A DNA stretch of 64,000 bases, from the NCBI GenBank assembly GCA_964247055.1, contig OZ176052.1:5394001-5458000 (forward strand), written 5' to 3'. The notes beneath the pieces are model-generated. The model saw only the letters and a list, made by a program, of their open reading frames with translations. It did no database searches and was not told the DNA's origin. The stretch comes from Paragordius varius. Lineage: Eukaryota > Animalia > Nematomorpha. The position numbers and the translations under genes are program-made. Below, in pieces: positions 12,801 to 24,346 of the stretch (position 1 is its first letter; each line of letters begins with the position of its first letter).

Positions 12801-15800
12801 GCTATAAGAGAACTACAGATGCAAAAATAAAACCTTATATCACATCTTTATTGATTTAAGCCGAGCATTCGATTGCATCCCGCGGTCCATGATCACATTT
12901 GCGTGACGAAAAAAAAGAAACTCAGGAATGGATAATAAAAATAATAAACTTACTATACGAGAACACCACTAATTGCGTGAGAATTCCCGTGGGAAATACC
13001 AATCAATTCCACTGTCAGACTAAATTAACACAGATAAAACAGAGGCTTTAATAACAGGCTTACCTGTAGCTGAAATAAAATTCCCTTGCTCCATTTGTCA
13101 CTCTGAAGTGAAACTTAATTCCATCAAATGCACTAAATGCCAGCCGTGGGTCCATAAAAAGTGCTCACAAATTAAAGTAAGTTTATTAAGCATTGAAAAT
13201 TTTGTATGTAAATGTACAACACCAGATATAAACCCAGACAATCCCACACAAACTGACTACATCCCATCTATAAATCGAAATAGTAAACAAGTACAATTAC
13301 CTGGGTGACACAATAGCAGCTGATATCAATATTAAAAACGGTATAACAACACGAACACACTAAGCTTGGGCCAGATTCCATCAACTCAAGTCTATAATGA
13401 AACGCAAACACTTTTAAACCCAAACAAGGGGAAAATCTACACAATTACCATTCGCCCTGCCCTCACATATGCTAGCGAATGTTGGCCCTTAAATCAAACT
13501 AATGAAAAATAAATTATGTGAAATAGAAAGAAAAATCCTCAACTCATGTCTCACCAATCAGTATTACAATAATAAAACAAATAATAATAAAAGCATACAT
13601 AGTGTGTCAGATCACACCTATGTCTTTTCTCAGAGAAAATCATTTCAGGTACTGGGGCCACATTGAACGCTCAAATGGTTGGATTAACAAAGTTAGATCC
13701 TTTCATCCGAACGGCAATTTAAAACGAGGCAAACCATATCATGATTGGGAAAAAACAATCAGCCATGACTTAAACTTAACTCAATTGACCAAAGACGACT
13801 GTCTCGATCGCAAGTTATTTCGCTAAAGAATTTGGCTAGCACATGCTGGAGAACAACGACTTGATGATGATGAAATGGTCATAAATATCATATAGAGGCA
13901 AATATCATTTTTTCTGCCATATCAAATTTCGGCAATGGGTTTTACAAGTCTGTTAAATTAATCTACAATTATATTAAATTTTCAGTGATACTCAAACCGC
14001 GGCGCGGCGATAATTATCTGCAGTTTTAAAATATTTATTAATATTATATGGTGAAATATCCCTTGGAACACGTAAGATATTTTTTAGCCCTTTAAAATGG
14101 TGAGAGTAACACTGATTTAGATAGAAAATTAATAGACTTTGAAATTGGAGGAGCGAATGCATTATTTAAATATTAGCCATTATAATCTATTATGAAATTC
14201 ATATTAAGACGACTAATGTATTTAACGATATTAATGGCAAAGTTTACAATATTGAATGCAAAACTAAGATTTAACCAAAAGAAAAAACTTATAAAATCAT
14301 ATCAATAATATAATGTTACCATTAATTGTTCCCTGAGAAGTTTGAGTATTTGAGTGAAATGCATTACCATCAGTATCAAGTATGTCCCCATTGTTATCAT
14401 TAATAAGATAATTGCATCGATATACCGGTTTTTCCGATAAAGTTACCGTCGAAGGCAACATACTGTTAGTATTATTATTTTGGATAGTGGTAGAAATTGG
14501 TAAAATAGATACATTTTGAGATTCTAATAATACACCAACGTTGTCCACATTCCCATTGCATATGCTAAAAAATAAAAATTAGATATATATATATATATGG
14601 TTAAATGCTATCAAAAGCAATAAAAAAAACAAAAAGCCAAAAACCTTAACTTCGGGGACTGTAAAGTTGTATGGGAAATTGCATTTTTGGCGTTCAAATT
14701 ATCCAATTCGTCGTATAGCATTGTGGGTTGAGATTCAACAAATTCTTTAGTATTATGTATGGTTCCATTACATATATTGGCTAATAATATAATGGTAAGA
14801 TATACGCAAATTAAACATAGCGCTTATATGCAAAAAGCGTATTATTTGCACAAAAATAAAAACCTTTTTAAAACTAATAAAGATAAAGGCTTAAAAAATA
14901 GCCAACAGCTAATTATTTAAAACCAATTAAATGGTGTATTGCTGAAAAAGTTTACCTTTCCAGTTTTTAAAGGGACTATTTGATGGGTTGTTATCGATAA
15001 ACCAACCCCAATAAACCTTTTTATAATTAACAGCGCCTAAAAACTAATGAGCTCATGATAAACAACATATAGTCCCAAGGTAATTTTGGGTATTATGAAG
15101 CCCTTATGATAAGCAAAAAATAATTAAAAAATCAAAATTTTAATTATTTTCATTTAAAAAATAGGATCAAAAAATCCATACCGATTTCTGAGGAGCGAGT
15201 GCTAATATGGTTATCAAGTGGCGTAACAGAATTTGGCGTTGAAGTGTTACTAATAATACTGTTTAGGCCAGAAGATGGCGGCTTTGTTGCAATTAAATTA
15301 TTGTGAACGGTATCAACGTGCTTTTGTAAATCAAATAGAGCCTTAAATGCCGAAGGACAATACGGACATTTGAAAGGCCGTTCATTTGAATGTCGGTAAC
15401 TAATGTGCTTTTTTATGTTTGCTATGCGGGAACAAACTTGGGGACAATAGGGACATTTGTAACTGGAAGCTATAAAATTAAATAATTAGCTGCGAAATGT
15501 CTTTATGCAATGAAAATTTTTATAAGATTCCATTCTATGATAAATTTGAACACAGACCACGTTAAAAATAGTCGTATCCCACTAAAATGTTTAAAACTAT
15601 TTTACTATTGACCAATAGGTTAACACATAGAATGTTATATTAGGTTATTTTCAATTTCATATAGTCAAGAGATTATTTAATAATTTGAAAGATACATTAC
15701 ATGGTATGTAAAAAAATTTAACCTATCTAAAATACAGTATCCATTTTGGTGTCTATTAACTAATTATATAGCTAACCATATAAGAAATGGTTTATTAAAT

Positions 15801-18800
15801 TTTACAAATATTGATCCACTAAATTAATTCGTAATGCACATATGAAAGAGGACTGGCGTGAGAATTAAGATAGGCTTAATTTGATGGATATTTTGTAATG
15901 CTAAATTTTGAAAATATTATGGCAATTTATGTTAACATTTAACTTTATTGTTGACGTATTTAGATGCGGAACTTTGTGGATTTTTATATTAATAAATAGT
16001 AAAATAGTTATTGTAAGATTAATGTTAATATTTAAATAAAATTTGTAAATATTTTTCATATTAATAAATATCTGTAATATGGCAAAATTTTATTTTATCA
16101 TTTTATAATAAATAATTATAAAACACACAGGTAAAAATATTTGGGTTTTTAAAAATTTATGTAAATTTTAATTTTTTGTTTAGCATTGTTAATGATTAAT
16201 TATTTTAATTTTTTAACATATTAACAAATACAAGTAAAATATTTGGGTTTATGATATTTATGTAAATTTTTGATTTTTTTGTTTTTTTTTTGTTTTATAT
16301 GTTTTGCATTGTTAATTATTAATAATATTTAAATTATTAATAAATACAAGTAAAAATCAATGTTATTTTCCGGTTTTATATGTAATTTTAATTTCCAACC
16401 CTTATGAAAAGTATATCTTTATACACATAAAACATTGCTGTACAGATGCAAAAAAAGTTCAAAGTTGATAATAAAGATTTACTTTTTAGGTCAAACAAAA
16501 AATACTAAACCGTTATTTATAAAATATTTCCAAAGCTATGAAAAAGTATTGAAATAAATACTAATTAAATAAATCTATTTGCATATAAATCTATTAATAA
16601 TATAAATCATATGTTTATGTCGAAAATCATCCAGCAACATCCTGACTAAATCGGTATGATATTTTGGTTATGTTAGATTTGTTACAATTTGAATAATATA
16701 CAAATTACGATGCATCTACATTCGAATCCCTTTTTTGTTGTATCTTTAATGAAAAGAATTAGGATTATTATCAATAGATTATAGCAAGGCAAGGGGCCTA
16801 AGCTTTTCTGACATGGTATGGGGGTGCGAAGAAAAAACAAATTTAGTTTGCATTCTCTATTTGACCAAAGTGAAGAAAATCGTTTTTCGTGTTTTTTTAG
16901 ATTTAGCTGTTAGAAATAAAATGCAGATAGAAAACTCTAATATTATTTTTAATTTCGCAATTTTATGAAGGTATATTAAATTATTATCTTAATTAGTGCC
17001 TCTCACAATGATAATGACTAAATTAGCTGATTTAATTCTACTAGAGAATGCTGGTAAAAATATCTTAATTTTTAAAAATTATCCACATTATCCTTCTTTT
17101 GGGATCCTGTGATAACTTATCCAGTCTTCTTTCAGATATTTTTATCATTATTTTATTAAAACAGAGATAAAGTTAACTGTAATTTTTAAAATTTAGATAA
17201 TATCACCCGGATTATGGAGAATATCGAACAAACTTTAAAATATAATGTTATATTAATAAGACTCTTACACAATTGGAATCAGCGGTGTCAAAATTATCAA
17301 ATTGTCCCGCTATAATAACTAATGATAATAATCATAATTCTTTTCACTCGAAATACAACAAAAAAGAGAAATGAAATGTAAAGGTATCGTAATTTGTATG
17401 TTATCCAAATCGTAGCAAATATAACATTCACGAAATCTCATACCGATACAGTCAATGATATGATGATATAGATCAACCAGGATGTAGCTAGATAATTTCC
17501 AACATTAACTTATGATTTATATTAATAATAAAGCAAATTCATATGTAAATAATTTAATTTTATTTATAATTAGTAATTATTTCGATAATTGATCATAGCT
17601 TTAAAATAAGAATGAATTATAAATAACGGTTAAGTATTTGTGATTTATATAAAAGTAGGTGTTTATTATCAACTTTAAAACCTCTAAAATTTTTAATGTA
17701 AATATACTTTGTTTGCATCTGTACAGCGATGTTTTATCTAAGTATAGATTTATTTTTCATATTGGTTGGTAATTAAAATTACATATAAAATCGGGAAATA
17801 ACATTTATTACCTGTATAAATTAATATGTCAAAAATAGTTAAATATTATTAATTTAAAATCTACATAAATTTCCCAAACCCAAATTTTTTACCTGTATTT
17901 ATTATGTCAAAAATTTAAAAATTATTAATAATTAACAAAACAAAAAAAATTAAAATTTACATAAATTATCACAAATCGAAATATTTTTACAGTGCATTTA
18001 ATAATTATAAATAATAACTATATAAAATGATAAAAATAGGTTGCATAATACATGTATTTATAAATAAAAATATAAATAATTAATTTTAATTAATAAAAAT
18101 TAACATAAATAATCTTAAAATACTTTATTAATTTATTAATTAAACACAAAATTCCATATCTAAATACATATCAACAATAATAAATTCAAATGTTAATATA
18201 AATCGCTATAATATTTCCAAATTTAGCATTCAAAATATCCATAAAACTAAGCCTATGTTAATTCTCACGCCAACCCTCTTTCATATGTGCAGTATAAAAT
18301 AATTTTGTGGATCAGTACTTTTAACATTTAATAAACCATTTCTTTTATATGGCTAGCTATATAATTAGTTAACAGACACCAAAATGAATACTCTATATAA
18401 TGAGTATCATATTTGTTAATTCGAAAAAAACATTACATATTTTTCAATATGCATGCAGTGATTCCGTACAAAATGAATATAATTAGTATTTAAACAAGTC
18501 TTTATGTATAATTGGGAGTAAGACAAATGATCTAATACATAAAAATCTTACTATGATATTCTGAATGCGCTTTAAGGATACGTTGGGATGCAAATGGTTT
18601 ATTACAATGTTGACAAAGATAGCGTTGATCTATTCATAAAAAATGCTTGTTTATTCGATTCAAACCAATTACGATTATGATATTCATTAAACAAATTATT
18701 ACTGTCTTCGGTGACTTGTCGCCGTATATGATCAAGAAATTTAGCACGTGATGCATAAAGACATCCGCAGTTTGGGCAAGCAATAACTTTTTCCTGAGTG

Positions 18801-19498
18801 TGAGATCTAACATGTTCCTCAAGTTTGTTTTTATATCGAAATTCGTTATTACAACCTAAAATTATTACCCATTAAATAAATATTTATACCTTTCCAATCA
18901 CAATGATATCTTTTTTCTAAAATGTCATCATCAATACGTTTTTCCAAATCAATGTGTTGTTGAACATGTTGATAAAATATTATGTAATTTTCAGTTTGAA
19001 ACTATTTTATAAAACAAAAATTATGATGGTAACACATATGCTTTAAAAAGTTTATTAATCTTACATCACAATCACCTTTAAACCATTGACATTTAATTGG
19101 ATCTAATGGCTCTGGAATAATGTTAGAACTAAATGAATCCATAGCACATTGTTGAGTTTGCAAATCAATAAGAGTTTTTCCTATGGATTTTAATTTAGTA
19201 TGAAATGCGTGAAAATATATGTGCCTGAGCAATTCTGATGCATAATCAGCTACGTAATCACATTTAGTCCATTTACATAGAGAGCCTAAAAATCAGGAAT
19301 AATTTTACTTATATTATAATCATGCTGTCGCTTCAAAATTTTAGATATATCTCCCGAAAATTCCTTACAAATATGGTCGTTTTCAATGTGAGAAACAAAA
19401 GGTAAAACATCATTAAAATTTTGATTACAGGAATTCCATTCGCATTGTAAAAATAGCTCTTTTACCGTAAAAAACTTTGGAATTTTGAGATCATCCAT
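6830..19498 (-). CDS. HINFP: Histone H4 transcription factor HINFP/MIZF orthologue, C2H2 zinc-finger protein with very large low-complexity insertions
   Basis: Spliced exons give [31 protein letters not shown]...[19 protein letters not shown]...[20 protein letters not shown]...[10 protein letters not shown] and [21 protein letters not shown]...[10 protein letters not shown], collinear with vertebrate HINFP. Exons: 19498-19309 (or -19369), 19285-19065, 19001-18890, 18855-18703, 18629-18552, 15469-15182, possibly 15102-15067 and 15036-14956, 14780-14651, 14564-14320, 12298-11921, 11757-10340, 10269-10145, 9780-8366, 7668-6830. Intron phases are consistent. Confidence 0.92.
12340..13875 (+). mobile_element. 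5'-truncated, internally deleted RTE-clade LINE, antisense in a HINFP intron
   Basis: RT motifs [36 protein letters not shown] and [10 protein letters not shown] Cys-rich CSIC...[13 protein letters not shown] insert. C-terminal [13 protein letters not shown] and RGKPYHDW. Ends in a (GAT)n tail. Many stops and frameshifts. Confidence 0.9.
15735..18393. mobile_element. 2.66-kb foldback element with ~1.05-kb diverged TIRs in HINFP intron 5
   Basis: Ends are TA|CAGTATCCATTTTGGTGTC ... GACACCAAAATGAATACTC|TA. 15735-16790 is the diverged reverse complement of 17310-18393. No transposase ORF was seen in the spacer. Confidence 0.8.
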
Positions 19499-20229
19499 TT
19501 ATCACCTACATCTAAATAAGTGAATGCATGCCATTGTGCCTTTGTGTTTGTATTACAAAAATTTAAATTAAATATAATATAGCCGTAATCAAAAATATAA
19601 TCCCTTATACATAAAAAAACACGAAAAAAAATTTATTTTAGCCAATTTGAATATCATTACAACCATAAATTTTTTTAAAGTTACTGGGGAACAAATAATA
19701 TAGACGCATAGTAATATGCTTTTTTATGATTATTGGCTAAAAACTAAAATTAAATAGTTTTTTGCCATAAAAAGTATCACGATGATCGGAACATATAATG
19801 GGACATCAATAAACTCTTTTATAGGCAAGATGTTTTGCTATTTAATGATTCTTTTATCAATTTTATGACCCATAAGTATTATTAAAAATTCCATAATTTT
19901 ACCGTTAAAAAAATATATTTTTATTTTATAACGTGCAGTAAATCCCCTCATATTTTATCCAATAATGTTATAATATTTTTTCAGTATGTATTTATTCATG
20001 TCCAATCTGTTTTTTGGAAAGAGAATGCCTGTAGGGTGTGCGGCGTTTTTATTGTTTATTGTAGTAAGGTAGTGTGAGAATATTTTTATTTTTAACAGAA
20101 TAATTTCGCATGTTGTATATAGATGAGGGCAAATGTAGTAAAAAAGGCCGGGACGAGTGCAATACTTCATTTTAGAAATGTTTCAAAGTATAACACCTGC
20201 CCAGACCGGCTTTACTAATTAGTGTAGTG

Positions 20230-20289
20230 TAAGATAGATCATTAGGAATCAAATAAAATTAAGATAGATCATTAGGAATCAAATAAAAT
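20230..20289. repeat. Perfect 30-bp tandem duplication
   Basis: TAAGATAGATCATTAGGAATCAAATAAAAT occurs twice in tandem. Confidence 0.95.
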
Positions 20290-23204
20290 ATGGATGAAGA
20301 AGATATTATGTATGGAGTTATAAAAATATGGGGAAAAAGTAAACTGATTATTTTAGTACAAAATGTTGCCTTTATATAGAGCTCGTCCCATCGAGAACAT
20401 AAATGAAATGTACCGCGAAATTAAAAAATTATGATAGTCCATTAATAGGTATTACATAATATTAGCAATAATTCATGATTTAGGATGATTGAAAATAATT
20501 TGATGTAAACAACACAGAATAAGTTTTATATAACTACATAATAGATTAATTGGAGTCATTAAGAAACAGGGCGGGATAATATATATCTGAAACAAAAACA
20601 TTTATACCTGTACATAAATATAATGTGTATTTACCCACATTAAAAATTAAATAAAAAATATGTGACCACCACTTCAATTGCTATAATGATAATTGTTTTC
20701 TTGGTAAAAACAACTTTATATTATTAAAAGTATATTATGTTATAAAAAATATATTAAGGGATGTTTCAACTTGTTTTTGTATCCAGCATCATAACAGGTA
20801 AAAATAGATGATTGAGATTATCTTTTACCCTCATGAAAAATAAAATTATTTATCATGATTCAAATATAGAGAGTGAGTTGAGAAAAATATAAAAATTTAA
20901 ATAAAAAATAGTTTGTACTAATTTATTTTTATTGGATATGCTAGCAAACCTGTTTAGTTTATACAAACATTCCTTTCTTTTTCACCTCAACGGCTTTGGC
21001 TAAAAAAATGCTTTTTTCTATTTTATAATTCAAATGATCAATCTTCCAGAACATAGGTAGCGTTCTCTATAATGATATATAATTATAAATAAATTTAACC
21101 ACAAACTGCTTTCGAATTAGATAAAGATTGTGTTGTATTCAATTCAAAGGTTATAACGGAAATATTCAAAAACGATTTAAAATAATACATTGCACAAAGT
21201 AAAAAATTAAAATATAATTTTGTGAAAAAAAATCGTTTTAATTTTTATACAAAAAATTTGCTTTAGGCCTATTGTTCTCTGGAGTTTTTGTTATGTATTT
21301 TATATTTATATTTTTGTATATAATCGCCTTTTTTTATACTGTTTTGCATGTCGAGAACCCCCCTTTGTAAATTCGATAACAAAAAAAATCATGTAAACAA
21401 TTTAAAAAAATTTCATATGTCTATGTTAACTAATAAATTTATTTTTAGCTTAAGATTAAAAAAACAATTTTTATTATATCTATGTATATGATACTTTCTC
21501 CAAAAAAAGCAAATGTACATAAAGTTAGTGACGTGGATTTTTTAAGATTAGAGTAGCATTTTTTCCATAAATTGCATAAAGCACAAAAACACAATAATGT
21601 TGACAAACTCAAAATATATTTTTTATGGAAAATTAAACTGGAACAAAATTTTTAAACTTAAATTTGTAACACCATATTATATTGTTGGCCATTAATAATG
21701 CAGTAGCGTATGATATCAAACAAATATTGTCCATAAATTATATAAAATATAACGTGTTAAGATAGAAACTAATTGTAATTTTAACCATTTGTTCTTTTAT
21801 ATTCCTATGGTACTATGCTGCCAATTGGACAAAAATAAGGTGAATTTGCCAACCATTATAATATTTTTTTGTTAAAGATATGTTTTATAACTGTAAGGGC
21901 TGGTTTTTTAGATTAATTAGGATATGCTAAAAAATGTTTTAATTTTTACATTGATTTAATTTGGTAAGATATTAAAAAAAAAATATGCGGTTACATAAAA
22001 TAATTAATATTACCACAATTTAATTATATTAGCATTTTAAAATGATATTAGTATTAAAACTCTTAAAATAGATTGTTTTTTAGCAAGGGATTGCAACCTG
22101 ATCACAACCAATTGACTTTGGAGAATTAAACAACTATAGATTATATTGTATTTTAAATAACTAAGATTTCCTATTAATTTTATCTTGTATATGCATAATG
22201 TTCATAAATGAAGAAGCACCCTTACATCCGTTAAAACCATTTTTTTATATCGATCTGGCTTCTATTTTCGCTTAATAGATTCGGTTTCGCTTCCATTTTT
22301 TAATTTTATATAATTGTCACCAGTTTGTAACTATGAAAATTGGTGTATTTGTTTTTTTAGATCGAAAACAAGATATATTTAAAAGAGGAAAAATAAAATA
22401 ACGTTTCCCACCTATCAAATATAATAAAAACAAAAAAATATTTTTGGGTCTAAAACGTTCCAAAAAAGCTAATAGTTTCAGTTCCGAACCCTGGCTACAA
22501 CAATATTTATAAACAAAAAATCCTTAGATATGATAATTTTTGAACATAAAGAGTTCTGAGCCAAACATTTTAAATAAATCGGCTCAAAAATAATTGAGAT
22601 GGGAAGATTTTGATCGATTTAAATATTTACACAACCTATAAGATTTAAGAGGAACACGTTTTTTCAAATGTATTTCAGTCGGTCTTTTTCACATGGCTTA
22701 TTCTCTTAGCCAAGATTGTGTCTGCTAAACGGCTCATTCCCATGGCCCTAATTTACATTTAAAGCTTTAAATAGAATCTCGTAAAATAATTCTCTAGCTA
22801 TTACAAGAAGTCATACAGCCCTTACCTTAAAATTATCCTAATATAATAATGAATTATGTAAATCATGGCACGGACAAAACTTAAAACAGGATCGCACAAA
22901 CATCATGAAAAAAGTAATTTTATATTGAAATTGTCATCTATTATTGGTCGGCATAAAACTAAAAAAGGTTTTGAAATTGGCCTAGAACGATTACTTTGAC
23001 CTACAAACGTCTGTTTTTCCGAAATTTTTATATTTTTAATAAATATAATTAAAGAAATTATAAAATCATATTAAAAAATCTTAAATTCTAGTAACAGTTG
23101 TAAAATCCGTATTATAATGATAATCGAAATTTAAATAGAAAATTAATTGAAAGATAATTAATAACAGTAATTATAAAACGATATGTGAAACCCTTTCGTA
23201 AATA

Positions 23205-23255
23205 GTAATCGTAAACTAGTTTCGTGCTTATTACTTACTCATCAGAGACACAACT
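23205..23255 (-). ncRNA. Minimal type I hammerhead ribozyme motif (left copy, stem I damaged)
   Basis: Minus strand reads GTGTCT-CTGATGA-GTAAGTAATAAGCAC-GAAA-CTAG-T-T-TACGAT, 2 nt shorter in stem I than the right copy. Confidence 0.5.
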
Positions 23256-23909
23256 ATTTGACTTGGGGTTTTCACTTATCGATTTTGTATATATTTTCAA
23301 CTTTGCAATTTTGGTATAAATGCAGTTGGTTATACGAATTTAAATTAAATTTAATGGACATTTATAAAAAAAACTGAAATTTTGAAAATAAACTGAAAAT
23401 TAACTCTAGGTGTAAGCCTAGATTTAGAGTATAGCTACTTAGGGATTACATAGAAATCAATTTAATAACTATAAAGCACTCTATTTTGATAAGAAACTAT
23501 TGACGAAGGGTTTCACATATCGTTTATAATTCTGTTTATGTTATTATTCAATTAATTTTCTATTTAAATTTCGATTATCATTATAATACGGATTTTACAA
23601 CTGTTATTACAAAACATAATAATCAATCCGTCATTTACCATTACAATATCATCTTTATCTTATGTTTCTTATCAAAATAGAGTGCTTATAAGTTATTTAA
23701 TTGATTTCTATGAAATCCCTAAGTAGCTATACTCTAAATCTAGGCTTACACCTAGAGTTAATTTTCAGTTTATTTTCAAAATTTCAGTTTTTTTTATAAA
23801 TGTCCATTAAATTTAATTTAAATTCGTATAACCAACTGCATTTATACCAAAATTGCAAAGTTGAAAATATATACAAAATCGATAAGTGAAAACTTCAAGT
23901 CAAATAGTT

Positions 23910-23956
23910 GTGTCTTACTGATGAGTAAGTAATAAGCACGAAACTAGTTTACGATT
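23910..23956 (+). ncRNA. Minimal type I hammerhead ribozyme motif (right copy)
   Basis: Reads GTCTTA-CTGATGA-GT..AC-GAAA-CTAG-T-T-TACGAT. The core is intact, stem III is palindromic (ACTAGT), the cleavage triplet is GUU, stem I pairs at 5 of 6 positions, and stem II is weak (2 bp). Confidence 0.6.
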
Positions 23957-24141
23957 ACTATTTACGAAAGGGTTTCACATATCGTTTTATAATTACTGTT
24001 ATTAATTATCTTTCAATTAATCTATTTACTCAGTTATCATTATAATACGGATCTTACAACTGTTATTACAAAACACAATCTATCCGTCATTTACCATTAC
24101 TTAAATTCTAATGTTCTGCTTAATGAAAAGTGAATATATTA

Positions 24142-24346
24142 CAGTCATGTATCTTTTATTTTATCAAATATTTATTTTTTTCGTTAATTGGGTATAAATA
24201 TTTGGTAGAGAATGGAATAAACAAGAGCTTATGGTAATTTTTATACATGAATATGATATTGTTAATACCATAGAGCTCTTGTTTTTTCCATTCTTTACCA
24301 AATATTTATAAAATAAATTTTTGATAAAATAAAGGATAAATGACTG
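24142..24346. mobile_element. 205-bp hairpin MITE (CAGTCAT...ATGACTG, TA TSD)
   Basis: Almost the whole element is an imperfect inverted repeat, flanked by TA on both sides. Confidence 0.85.

Larger units (their letters stand above)
23090..24100. mobile_element. Young non-autonomous Penelope-like (pseudo-LTR-type) element arranged rc(BA)-A-BA with two hammerhead motifs
   Basis: 23092-23497 is the near-perfect reverse complement of 23664-24065. The loop 23502-23644 is a direct copy of 23965-24100. The arms carry CTGATGA...GAAACTAGTT. Confidence 0.7.

Noticed and set aside
20289-20440. MDEEDI... start as a gene divergent from HINFP
   Set aside because: Every splice path I tried closes within about 25 codons, and there is no recognisable similarity.
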